A stretch of DNA of 64,000 nt from NCBI GenBank assembly GCA_963765485.1, contig CAVXWN010000025.1, positions 9,273 to 73,272 of the forward strand, written 5' to 3'. Positions 48,509 through 57,254 of this stretch are shown here, piece after piece. The notes under the pieces are model-generated. The model was not told the origin of the DNA and did no database searches. It saw only the letters and a program-made list of their open reading frames with translations. The position numbers were made by a program, and so were the translations under genes. The DNA comes from an uncultured Acidobacteriota bacterium (lineage in GTDB: Bacteria; Acidobacteriota; Terriglobia; UBA7540). Numbering within the stretch: position 1 is the stretch's first letter; every line of letters starts with the position of its first letter.

Positions 48509-49293
48509 TGCCACGCGAGGCGGCAGGTCTTGGTCGAGTTACGTCACCGCCAAATGCTCGATGCGATGTGCCGTGTCCTTTCGGCAAGCCGGCGTAGGCC
48601 GGGACGGGCCAGCGTGATTGAGAAACAGTAGCCTTGCGCCATCCGGGAATGCGTGGTCGCGAAGGCCCTCGGCGGTAGAGTAGTCGGCGCGGCGGTTGTT
48701 CGGAAGCATGGTGCGCAGGATCGAGGCGCTACCGGTGCCAGCGGGGCAAAGATTCGCACTGGCAGCCGAACATTTTGGAAAAGAAAGGAGGCGGGGACGG
48801 GGACGCGTCGCAGAAGTCGTTGAAAATGAGCTGGTTCCCGGTTTTCGTCGGCGGGCATTCGGCGGAATGGCCGAAAGCGGATGCCGGAGAAGGTCAGCAT
48901 GAGAAAGTTCATCAAAATCCTGCACTCGCGGAGGCCGTCGGGTGTATGCTATCCCTATCCGGGAGAGCAAAACGGGAATCCCAGTTCATTCGAATCTTCT
49001 CTTTCTTCGTCAGGGCGCTGGTCTCCCGTTTTGAGCCGCACTCAAGAAACGGTTTGACCCATAGCGCTGAATGATGATGTTACAGACCGGGGCCAATGGC
49101 AATGCAAGGCTAAGGACCGAGGAATGCTGCACACAAACTAGGGCGCAACAAGCTTGGACGTTTTGTTGTTCATGTTTCGGGCAACAGCAATGACAGACTG
49201 TAAAGGTGGCTGGACTAGCCTTTTCGGTAAGCGGCGAGATTGCGGAGCGGTACCCAGAGCAGTTTCTCGCGCTTCCAGACAAGGAGTGAAGAC

Positions 49294-51894
49294 ATGAAGC
49301 TATTCAAGGTGCTTTTATTCGCAGCTGGCTTGCTTGTAATGGGGTTGCTGACACGGAAGCTGCCTTCGTCCCACGCGCAAGGAACAACTGTCACGTTCCC
49401 GGGGCCTGAACTCCTGGGGCGCCCGGAGGACACGTCCATCACGATCAATGTCGTGCCCAGCGCCGCTATAAATACTTATTTTAGATATGGCACGACAAAA
49501 GGGGGAGAAAATGTAACTTCTGCTACGTTTTCCACGATCGCCAATCATCCGCTTGTGGCTGTCATCGACAATTTGATGCCAGATACACAGTACTATTACT
49601 ACATGGTATATCAGCAGCCCGGTGCGTCCTCCTGGACCACAAGGCCCGAGCACTCCTTCCGTACCGCAAGGGCCCCGGGCGGCAAGTTCACATTCACGGT
49701 GACGTCCGATTCGCATATCAACATCGTGTTCGGCAATGGACCCTTGTTCACGCAAACCATGAAAAACATTGCCGGTGAGAACCCGGACTTTCACCTCGAC
49801 CTCGGCGACACGTTCGCAATGGACGGCGTGACTACCCAGGCCCAAGCCAACAGTAACTACCTTAACATCCGAACGAATTACTTCAGTGTCATCAGCCCTT
49901 CACTGCCGATTTTTCTCGTTCTGGGCAACCACGAGCAAGAAGAGGGCTGGCACATGAGCGACCCGGGCTTGGCAGTGGAACCGCCCATCATGAGCGCAAA
50001 CGCGCGAAATGAGTATTTTCTCAATCCCGATCCATTGATCAGTACGTTTTACACAGGCAACGTGGACCAGGGTGATTCGGGTATTACCAGTTACACGGGC
50101 GTCGGCAATGTTACCGATCAGACGATTGAGGATTACTACGCGTGGACCTGGGGCGATGCGCTCTTTGTGGTCATCGATCCGTACTGGTATACGCCCCAGA
50201 AGCCGTACGTTGGAAATATGGGAGGAGGAGAACCCGGTTACCCGACAGCGAGCGATCCACCGACGGATGCCGACCGGTGGCAATGGACGCTGGGACCGGC
50301 GCAATACCAATGGCTTGAGGATACGCTGGCCGGCAGCACTGCCAAATACAAGTTCGTCTTTGCTCATCAGGTTGCCGGAGGCATGGACGACTACGGACGA
50401 GGCGGCGCTTATGCGGTTCCCTTCGTTGAATGGGGAGGCACTGATCCCAACACGAATGCAAATTTGTTTGATAGTAAACGCAGCGGATGGACCTGTCCGG
50501 TTCACCAGTTGCTGGTGAAATACAACGTCACAGCTTTCTTCCACGGCCATGACCACGAGTACGCGCACGAGCAGCGCGATGGCATCGTCTATCAGTTGGT
50601 CCCCATGGCTGCCGATGCCACATATGGCTACGGTTTCGGCGAGTACACGGTGGATGGCACCTATACGCTCAAGGTTCTGCCCAACTCGGGCCACTTACTG
50701 GTGACGGTTGATCCAAACGGGGGTGTCACCGTTGCTTACGTGAGGTCGTTTACTTCGGGCGCCGGGACCAATGGAACCATCGCCGATTCGTACAACATAC
50801 CCGCTCCAGCACCGCCGGGCTCCCTCTTGGTTTCATCGCTGGCGCTAAATGCGGCGATCCTGGTGGGCGACGGCAGTTCGTCCTCGACCGCTACGGTAAC
50901 CCTGAACGTCCCGGTTCCTTCCAACTCAAGCGGGGTTCAAGTGACCCTGGCGAGTAGTAACCCCCTCGCAGCGACGGTCTCCCCTCAAGCAATTTTGATC
51001 CCTGCCGGTTCCACAACCGGGACGTTCACCGTGACTTCTCAATTGGTCACTTCTTCCGCTACGTCCACGACTATCACGGCCACAGCCACCGCCAACGGCT
51101 CGGGTTCGGCTCAAGCGACACTTACGGTGAACCCCGTGGCCACAGGCCTGACATCTTTGACCTTGAACCCGACGAGCGTGGTGGGTGGTGCTGCCAACTC
51201 GACGTCGACCGGCACGGTAACCCTCAATGGATACGCGCCTGCGGGCGGAACGGCCGTGGCGCTGACGAGCACCAGCAGCAACCCCTCCGCGGTGACCGTT
51301 CCGGGTAGCGTCACGGTGCCATACGACACCACCTCAAACACTTTTCAGATAACCTCTAATTCCGTTACCTCGTCGACCGCGGTGACGATCACCGCCTCAC
51401 TCAATGGATCGAAGACCGCGACTCTGACCGTCAATCCGGTGCCACCGTTCACTCCGGTCCGAATCAATTCGGGCGGACCCAAATACACCGATTCTCTGGG
51501 ACAAGCCTGGGCGGCAGATACCGGATACACCGGAGGCAGCCCGTACTCGGTGACCAACACGATTACGAATACCCCCGATCCGACCCTTTACAAAACCTCG
51601 CGCTATGGGGCGTCATTCAGCTACACCATCAGCGCCCCGGCGGGCACGTATTCGGTAACGCTCAAATTCGCGGAGCCCGTCTGGTCGGCTAAAGGGAAGC
51701 GCGTGTTCAACGTGGCGATCAACGGAACGAATGTCCTGTCCAACTTCGACATCTTTGCCGCGGCAGGTGCGGAGTTCAAGGCGGTCGACAAGACATTTAC
51801 GGTGAAGAGCAGCGGCAAGATCACGATCCAGTTCACGACGGGATCGGCCGGCAACCCCTTGGTAAACGCGATTCAGGTGGTCGCCTCTCCCTAG
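49294..51894 (+). CDS. secreted multidomain protein: calcineurin-like metallophosphoesterase + two Ig-like repeats + C-terminal malectin domain
   Basis: ATG 49294 follows AAGGAG and gives a signal peptide. Phosphoesterase motifs are VTSDSH, LGDTFA, GNHE and GHDHEY. Two ~100-aa S/T-rich repeats each end TLTVNPV. The malectin-like tail contains INSGGPKYTDSLGQAWAADTGYTGG and YKTSRYG. Confidence 0.75.
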   Translation: MKLFKVLLFAAGLLVMGLLTRKLPSSHAQGTTVTFPGPELLGRPEDTSITINVVPSAAINTYFRYGTTKGGENVTSATFSTIANHPLVAVIDNLMPDTQYYYYMVYQQPGASSWTTRPEHSFRTARAPGGKFTFTVTSDSHINIVFGNGPLFTQTMKNIAGENPDFHLDLGDTFAMDGVTTQAQANSNYLNIRTNYFSVISPSLPIFLVLGNHEQEEGWHMSDPGLAVEPPIMSANARNEYFLNPDPLISTFYTGNVDQGDSGITSYTGVGNVTDQTIEDYYAWTWGDALFVVIDPYWYTPQKPYVGNMGGGEPGYPTASDPPTDADRWQWTLGPAQYQWLEDTLAGSTAKYKFVFAHQVAGGMDDYGRGGAYAVPFVEWGGTDPNTNANLFDSKRSGWTCPVHQLLVKYNVTAFFHGHDHEYAHEQRDGIVYQLVPMAADATYGYGFGEYTVDGTYTLKVLPNSGHLLVTVDPNGGVTVAYVRSFTSGAGTNGTIADSYNIPAPAPPGSLLVSSLALNAAILVGDGSSSSTATVTLNVPVPSNSSGVQVTLASSNPLAATVSPQAILIPAGSTTGTFTVTSQLVTSSATSTTITATATANGSGSAQATLTVNPVATGLTSLTLNPTSVVGGAANSTSTGTVTLNGYAPAGGTAVALTSTSSNPSAVTVPGSVTVPYDTTSNTFQITSNSVTSSTAVTITASLNGSKTATLTVNPVPPFTPVRINSGGPKYTDSLGQAWAADTGYTGGSPYSVTNTITNTPDPTLYKTSRYGASFSYTISAPAGTYSVTLKFAEPVWSAKGKRVFNVAINGTNVLSNFDIFAAAGAEFKAVDKTFTVKSSGKITIQFTTGSAGNPLVNAIQVVASP

Positions 51895-52079
51895 GATCCT
51901 CTTAATTACCGTTAAAAACCCCTGGCGCGGAGGGTCGGATGCGGATCGAATTCAAGGGTATCGCCACAGCGGAACTGGTGGAGGGGGATTTTCGCAACCA
52001 GTCGTCCCTAATTGCAACACGAGCCTTGAGCAAAGCATCGAGCACCCGAATCCAACCAGAACCTCCGTGAGAATCCTGG

Positions 52080-53213
52080 CTAGCGAGTTAATGTCTTGAA
52101 ATCACGCTCGCTCAGCCTCCGCGTCGCCTGCACGAACCACGACCAAGATTTGTCTGGGTCGCGGCCCCGAAAGGCATCCAGCTTCGATCTCGTAGCGGCA
52201 TCAATGACGATTGGGTTCTCAAGGTAGAGATGCGTGTGGTCCAAGCGAATTGTCCAGGGATACTTTTCAGGATCGCGCACGCTTCGGTGTGGTTTTTTCT
52301 CTGACTTTGAAGCTGCCTGGGCGTGGGCAACCACGCCCCTGGCTGTAGCGTAAAAGCATAGCCAGTCGCCGGGCTTCATGTACCTTCTGCCGGGCGTCCT
52401 CTCTCCAAAGGCATATACCTTCTCCTGGCCCACTAGACTCTCAATCACTTCTTCGGCTGTTTGCTTCTCACCTTCTCTGACTGGTGTCAGCCAGTAAGCT
52501 GTTTCCGTCTCGTCTGGAGTCTCAGGGGACACTCCCGCTCCTTCTGGCGCCCCCTCGCTCTGCCGCTCAGCGATGAGTCGCGCCATCAGGTCCACAACCG
52601 AGTCGACAGTGGGCGCGGAGGGTCGAATTACGGCAAGCAAATCTCCATGGTTCACGTCGTATTCACTAACCATCTCAGCAAGGGACAGTAACGACTTGAC
52701 CGAGATGATCCTCAGTTGGCCAGACCTCTTCTCCCCGAGTATGGCATTTTCAAGCTGGTGTACTTCGGGATCAGTATGGCCGACAACATAAAGACCAAGC
52801 GCGGTATCCCAGTTGGGGATCTTCTTCTCCGAGATTAGTCCGTCTACATAACCAACCAGTGTAGAGGTTTTGACCGTGGAGGCCTCACTTGTTTTCACTT
52901 CAACGACGATATGGAACGGTGAGGGCGAGCGCCAATAGCCATCAAAACCAAGCTCTCCCTGGATTCCGCGATACCGCCCATAGGTCACCTCGAACCCCAG
53001 GAATTCGCCCACGTAGTTCACCAAATCTTGAAGCGCGCGGTTATACTCATCGCCGGTCTTTCGGAGGCACTCTTCTACATAATCGCGGACTTGGCCCACC
53101 TCCTTGACGTTGCCTTTCAGGAAGCGACGGAGGCGCTCACGCGCAGTTTCCTCACCTGGCGAATCATCCAGCGGCCCTACAAGCGACAGCAGTTGCTCTA
53201 AGCTGAGACTCAT
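52080..53213 (-). CDS. fusion protein: N-terminal PD-(D/E)xK (Mrr-like) nuclease fold + C-terminal PUA-like (EVE/ASCH-type) domain
   Basis: The N-half has helices ending NYVGEFLGFEV, then GFD(91)GYWRSPSPFHIVVE(105)VK(107)T, i.e. D..(D/E)xK. The C-half (residues ~239-377) reads YWLTPV...KPGDWLCFYATARGVVAHAQAAS...YPWTIRLDH...WFVQATRRLSERDFKTL, which fits the EVE/ASCH beta-barrel pattern. Confidence 0.65.
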   Translation of the reverse strand: MSLSLEQLLSLVGPLDDSPGEETARERLRRFLKGNVKEVGQVRDYVEECLRKTGDEYNRALQDLVNYVGEFLGFEVTYGRYRGIQGELGFDGYWRSPSPFHIVVEVKTSEASTVKTSTLVGYVDGLISEKKIPNWDTALGLYVVGHTDPEVHQLENAILGEKRSGQLRIISVKSLLSLAEMVSEYDVNHGDLLAVIRPSAPTVDSVVDLMARLIAERQSEGAPEGAGVSPETPDETETAYWLTPVREGEKQTAEEVIESLVGQEKVYAFGERTPGRRYMKPGDWLCFYATARGVVAHAQAASKSEKKPHRSVRDPEKYPWTIRLDHTHLYLENPIVIDAATRSKLDAFRGRDPDKSWSWFVQATRRLSERDFKTLTR

Positions 53214-53434
53214 GCGATCACTCCACTGAAACGAACTCTATGTGGGATTGAAGTCACTGCGCGATTGTAGGCCTCATCGTCCGCACGTGCAATAGCGAAC
53301 CTGGCGAACCTGAGGCGTGGCCGAACCCTTAGGCAAGGAGGCGTTGTCGTTTCCTTCGTCAATTTCGTCCGGCGGAGGACGATACGGGCGAAATCTCCGA
53401 CAAGATCAAACCGCATATCGTTGCAATCCTGCAC
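53210..53434 (-). CDS. possible small upstream ORF coupled to the nuclease-EVE gene (weak)
   Basis: 74 codons from a GTG. Its TGA overlaps the ATG of the downstream gene (ATGA). The protein is Arg-rich, with no recognisable family and no clear SD. Confidence 0.2.
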   Translation of the reverse strand: MQDCNDMRFDLVGDFARIVLRRTKLTKETTTPPCLRVRPRLRFARFAIARADDEAYNRAVTSIPHRVRFSGVIA

Positions 53435-54237
53435 GGGGCGAACGTCGGCAAATGAGACTCAATGCAGATGTGCGAGACGGATCCAATGAGGGATTTGGAC
53501 GGATTTGGGGAAGCCCTTAGGAGAAAGCACCATGTCTTCCGCTCAGTTGGGCATGACTTTGAAATTTGAGTCTAAAGCGATCACTCTGAATTAAGAGTGA
53601 TACCCGCTACATTTTCCGCTACATGCCTTCAGCGTCAAATGAGGCCTTTCCTGGGGGATAGGGGGGTGCCGTTCTCCGGCAGGATTGGGTCCCATCGAAA
53701 GGGGTTGCTTAGCAGATGCGTCTAGCCACAAAGAATTGTGGGAAACCCACAACTACCATCCCCTTGCCGCAATTGTTGAGGTTGTAGGCCGCACGAAGTA
53801 GGCTACCTCGAAGGCTTGGAGCGGCTGATTTCGGCCCAAACACGATCAAATGCCCGATTTTGGAGGGTCTAAGTTGCTCAAAACGCTTGGGATAGCCTTT
53901 CCTGCCCCGGAAAGGCCATTTCCAGGATGCCACCTCCACGAAACCCTCTAAAATGGAATATGTCGCTGAAAAGGTGGTAAACTTACCCCTATCCAGGCCC
54001 CGAGGACGCGCCAAATCGCCGCCTAGAGGCCCTAGCGGGCCGATTTGGAAGCCTTCCCGACCCCCTTTTGCCATATTAGCCCTATGCGGGCATTTTGACC
54101 GGTTTTAGCCATTATCAGACGGAATAATGCTGAAACGCAGGAAGGTTGACTAGTGGCAACACCGGCACCTGTGCTTCGGTACGATTTTAACGGTCGTACT
54201 GCCGGGTGTAGAATTTGAAGTGTTAGGAGTCAAGAAA

Positions 54238-54513
54238 GTGGACTCGCCGTTTGCAAAAGCCGACGGAAAGCCCTTTCCCCTTCGCCCGGAAGACGAGCAG
54301 AAAGCAGCCCAAATTGCTGGACTCTGTGACACCTACCTTAAAGAGGTCGGCTTCAGCTTGGTAGAAGTAGGTTCTGACTACGCTATATACCAAAACAGGA
54401 ACGGCTTTCAAATCGCAATCCAAGGCCAGCTATGGTTCTGCAAGCCACCGAATGACAGGGAATTCTCAGGCGTCGGATTCGTTGACCTCTGGGAAGTCGT
54501 AAGAGGAGGCTAA
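54238..54513 (+). CDS. hypothetical 91-aa protein with its own promoter-like and SD signals
   Basis: TTAACG (54187-92), a 16-nt spacer, TAGAAT (54209-14), AGGAG at 54225-29, then GTG 54238. The protein reads VDSPFAKADGKPFPLRPEDEQKAAQIAGLCDTYLKEVGFSLVEV.... No family was recognised. Confidence 0.45.
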   Translation: MDSPFAKADGKPFPLRPEDEQKAAQIAGLCDTYLKEVGFSLVEVGSDYAIYQNRNGFQIAIQGQLWFCKPPNDREFSGVGFVDLWEVVRGG

Positions 54514-54683
54514 CCGTCCACAGGAAAAGCAAGGTCCTTGGCGTGCCGTTCTACTCGCGAGGGAAACGTCTCGGTGGAGCGATGACACTTTCGTACCCTT
54601 ACCTCCGTGCCGTTAAATCCACGCACCTTCGGAAATAGAATCTAGCTCACTCCAGAGCGAGGATTGGAAATCAGAGGAACGCC

Positions 54684-54872
54684 ATGAGTCACGCTCTCGC
54701 GGTCGTGCTTTTGTCGCTTACCGGAGTCCTCATAGCGCTCGTCATCATGTTTACGTCCTCGGGTCTTCTCGGGTACTACCTTGTTGAAACGGTTCGCCGC
54801 ATCGTGAGGAAAGCCAGAAGGGGAAAACCGAACTCTTCGGGCGGACTTCCGGGCGGACCGCTTGCAGCTTAG
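54684..54872 (+). CDS. small single-pass membrane peptide with a basic tail
   Basis: AGAGGA lies 5 nt before the ATG. The 62-aa product reads MSHALAVVLLSLTGVLIALVIMFTSSGLLGYYLV then RRIVRKARRGK. The hairpin aacgcc-taaa-ggcgtt follows the stop. Confidence 0.45.
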   Translation: MSHALAVVLLSLTGVLIALVIMFTSSGLLGYYLVETVRRIVRKARRGKPNSSGGLPGGPLAA

Positions 54873-55292
54873 TTGGAGCACCCAGTCGCGACGCAATGCG
54901 ACCGCAACGCCTAAAGGCGTTCCTCGATTGGATTCGAATTCGCAGCAATCCCCGCAAGCACGAGGAAGCGTAACGGGGGATGCCGTCATCGGGCGGAATC
55001 AACAACAGATTCCTTGCCACTTTCCTGACGTTCGTACTCACAGAAACGCCCCAGTACACCTCAAAAGTATCCGGCGTGACAAATTCTGTCACGCGGTTTA
55101 GACAGAATACGACAAATACGGGCGCTTTCCCTTGACCCAGTACGGAAGTGCCAATCCCAGGAACTCTGCTAACAATCTGAAAATAGGCGCCTTGCCAATG
55201 AGACAAAAACCTCAAGGAATCTTGTATGGCAGGAAAAGTGCCGTACAACCAATAGTCTTGCCCATTATTGCCATGCAAGAAGGAGAGGAACC

Positions 55293-55808
55293 ATGAGGAA
55301 ATGTTCAAGAGGTTTTTCACTCATTGAGTTGCTGATCGTGGTCGCGATCATTCTCGTCATCGCGGCGATTGCCATCCCAAACCTGCTCAGGTCGCGAATA
55401 GCAGCCAACCAGGCTTCAGCGGTGGGATCACTCCGCACCATCAACACCGCAGAGGTTACTTATGCCACGACGTACAACACGGGCTTCTCTGCCACCTTGG
55501 GCGATCTGGGGCCGCCGGCTGCAGGATCGAACCCTGTCGCGACTGCCGCGGGAATAATTGATGAAATTCTGTCGGGGACGGCAGGGGGAGTAGGCGCCGC
55601 CGCCACACAGAGCGCCAAGAGTGGTTATCAGTTTACCTACTCGGCAGGTACCCCAAGCGCTGGCTGGATCAACGTTTATTCGATTGTCGCCACACCGGTG
55701 AGCCTTGGAACAACCGGGACCAACTTCTACTACACGGATAAGTCCGGTGTAATCCGCCAAAACTCCACGACGGTAGCCGGCTCAACCGATTCGCCGCTAG
55801 CCGGCTAG
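55293..55808 (+). CDS. type IV pilin / T2SS pseudopilin-like protein (prepilin N-terminal methylation motif)
   Basis: MRKCSRGFSLIELLIVVAIILVIAAIAIPNLL matches the G|FxLIEL class III signal. AGGAGAGGA lies upstream. Confidence 0.85.
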   Translation: MRKCSRGFSLIELLIVVAIILVIAAIAIPNLLRSRIAANQASAVGSLRTINTAEVTYATTYNTGFSATLGDLGPPAAGSNPVATAAGIIDEILSGTAGGVGAAATQSAKSGYQFTYSAGTPSAGWINVYSIVATPVSLGTTGTNFYYTDKSGVIRQNSTTVAGSTDSPLAG

Positions 55809-56002
55809 GCGCGGTCCACGGGAACCACAACAATCAACTGGCGACGAGCCTGCGAGCGGTTTTGATCCGGCCGTTACTGACGCCGCCCTTACCTGTTTGC
55901 CCCTCTCCCACAAGCGCGCGGGGGGAGGCCCGCCGCGGAGGGGCGGCGGGGTTAAAACCGGCCAAAACCCCGCCCTTCCCTCTTCGTGGTGAAAAATTCC
56001 AG

Positions 56003-57100
56003 CTAAGAGCTATAAGGTTTTACGGGCAATTCATAAACAGATTTCCAGCCGGCACTTAGGGGCTCTTTCAAGAACGGCGCCATCTCTTCCTCAGTTCTGA
56101 ATGTTACTTTCTCAACCGGAGGAACTTTGCCGGGCGGGAAGGCTTCAAGGATTTGGTCGACCACCAGGGTGAGGTAGCTGAGAATCCCAGCTAGAGGCCT
56201 CTTAGCCTTCTCGGCAGTTCCGAGAGTGGCAAAGCCGACCACTCCTTCAGGAGTCGATTTGATCTCTATGGCTGCATGTCCTTCACCCTCCGACCATCGG
56301 CTCGGACGAGCCACGGCGTCTACTGACTGACCGAAATGCCCATCGGGAAGATAAGCTTCCCCCTTCGTATCCACAGCAAACTTCATGTCAACCATCTCCG
56401 GAAAGAGGAAAAGCGCCAAGGAAGTCTCAGCCTCGTCGGCGTGGACAAAATTAGTATCCCAATCACCTCCCCTGTCTTTGGTGAGGAAGAATTCTCGCGT
56501 CGCACGATGCCAGTCAATCACCCGAAAGATTCCCGGAAGCTGGTATTTCTTCATGAACTCCTGCAGAGCTGCCTCAAGCATCCACAACTGTCCGTGATTA
56601 TTGATGATCATCTGCTTCCGGAAGCCATCGTTCCACAATCCCAGCATGACGTCCATGAGCACTGCTTTTACGGTGCCGTCAGATAGGGGAATAGTTCCGG
56701 GCATACCAAGGTGGTGATATGGATGGCCACCGTAAGCCAGGGGCGGCATCGCCAGATTGACCATCCTGCCCTTCTTGGCCGTGTACCTTCTCACTCCTTC
56801 GCAGATACAAGTGACAAAATAGGTGTCAGCCCAACTGGGCATGTGACGGCCGTGGTTTTCCGTGCAGCCCACTGGGATAAAGACGATGTCATTCTTCCTG
56901 CGGTTTTCTTCAACCTTGTGCCGCGGAGTGTTTTGGATATAGCAACCCTCCTTGACCAGTTCAGAAGGAGAGGGCATTTCATATTCGGCCAGAATCGCAT
57001 TGATCGCCTCGGGGCTGGCCTCGAATATGCGCTTTTTCATTCTTCCCACGGCATTGTCTTCGAAGAATACGTCATCTCTGGTGGTTCGTAGAAAACTCAT
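56003..57100 (-). CDS. creatininase-family amidohydrolase
   Basis: VFIPVGCTENHGRHMP gives the metal-ligand E.HG.H context, with HADEAETS downstream. Confidence 0.7.
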   Translation of the reverse strand: MSFLRTTRDDVFFEDNAVGRMKKRIFEASPEAINAILAEYEMPSPSELVKEGCYIQNTPRHKVEENRRKNDIVFIPVGCTENHGRHMPSWADTYFVTCICEGVRRYTAKKGRMVNLAMPPLAYGGHPYHHLGMPGTIPLSDGTVKAVLMDVMLGLWNDGFRKQMIINNHGQLWMLEAALQEFMKKYQLPGIFRVIDWHRATREFFLTKDRGGDWDTNFVHADEAETSLALFLFPEMVDMKFAVDTKGEAYLPDGHFGQSVDAVARPSRWSEGEGHAAIEIKSTPEGVVGFATLGTAEKAKRPLAGILSYLTLVVDQILEAFPPGKVPPVEKVTFRTEEEMAPFLKEPLSAGWKSVYELPVKPYSS

Positions 57101-57254
57101 TTTCGTAACCTCCTTGCCTGAAAAAAGCTATCGAATTACACGCCGGTCAAGCTGAGGAACACCGGCCATCATCCGACCCTGGTCGTGTCGAGCGGATGGG
57201 AATGATCTGCGCGTAGCGGAATGCACACCACCGGAAAGTTTCGCTTGGAAATTG

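Noticed and set aside
48509-49293. Overlapping minus-strand ORFs (48539-48970, 48544-48915) and plus-strand ORFs in the GH2-malectin spacer; possible frameshifted small gene
   Set aside because: The products are R/P/A-rich with no motif I can recognise. I could not reconstruct a continuous conserved sequence across frames, as was possible for the other broken genes. The region is left unannotated.
53709-54074. 121-aa minus-strand ORF inside the structured non-coding region
   Set aside because: There is no SD. The product is G/R/P-rich at the N-terminus and has no motif. The ORF spans several hairpins and repeats that look like RNA or DNA signals rather than coding sequence.
55946-55973. GC hairpin (gcggggtt/aaccccgc) between the pilin gene and the creatininase-family gene as a bidirectional terminator
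   Set aside because: The stem exists, but neither strand has a following U-tract. It is too weak to list as a feature.
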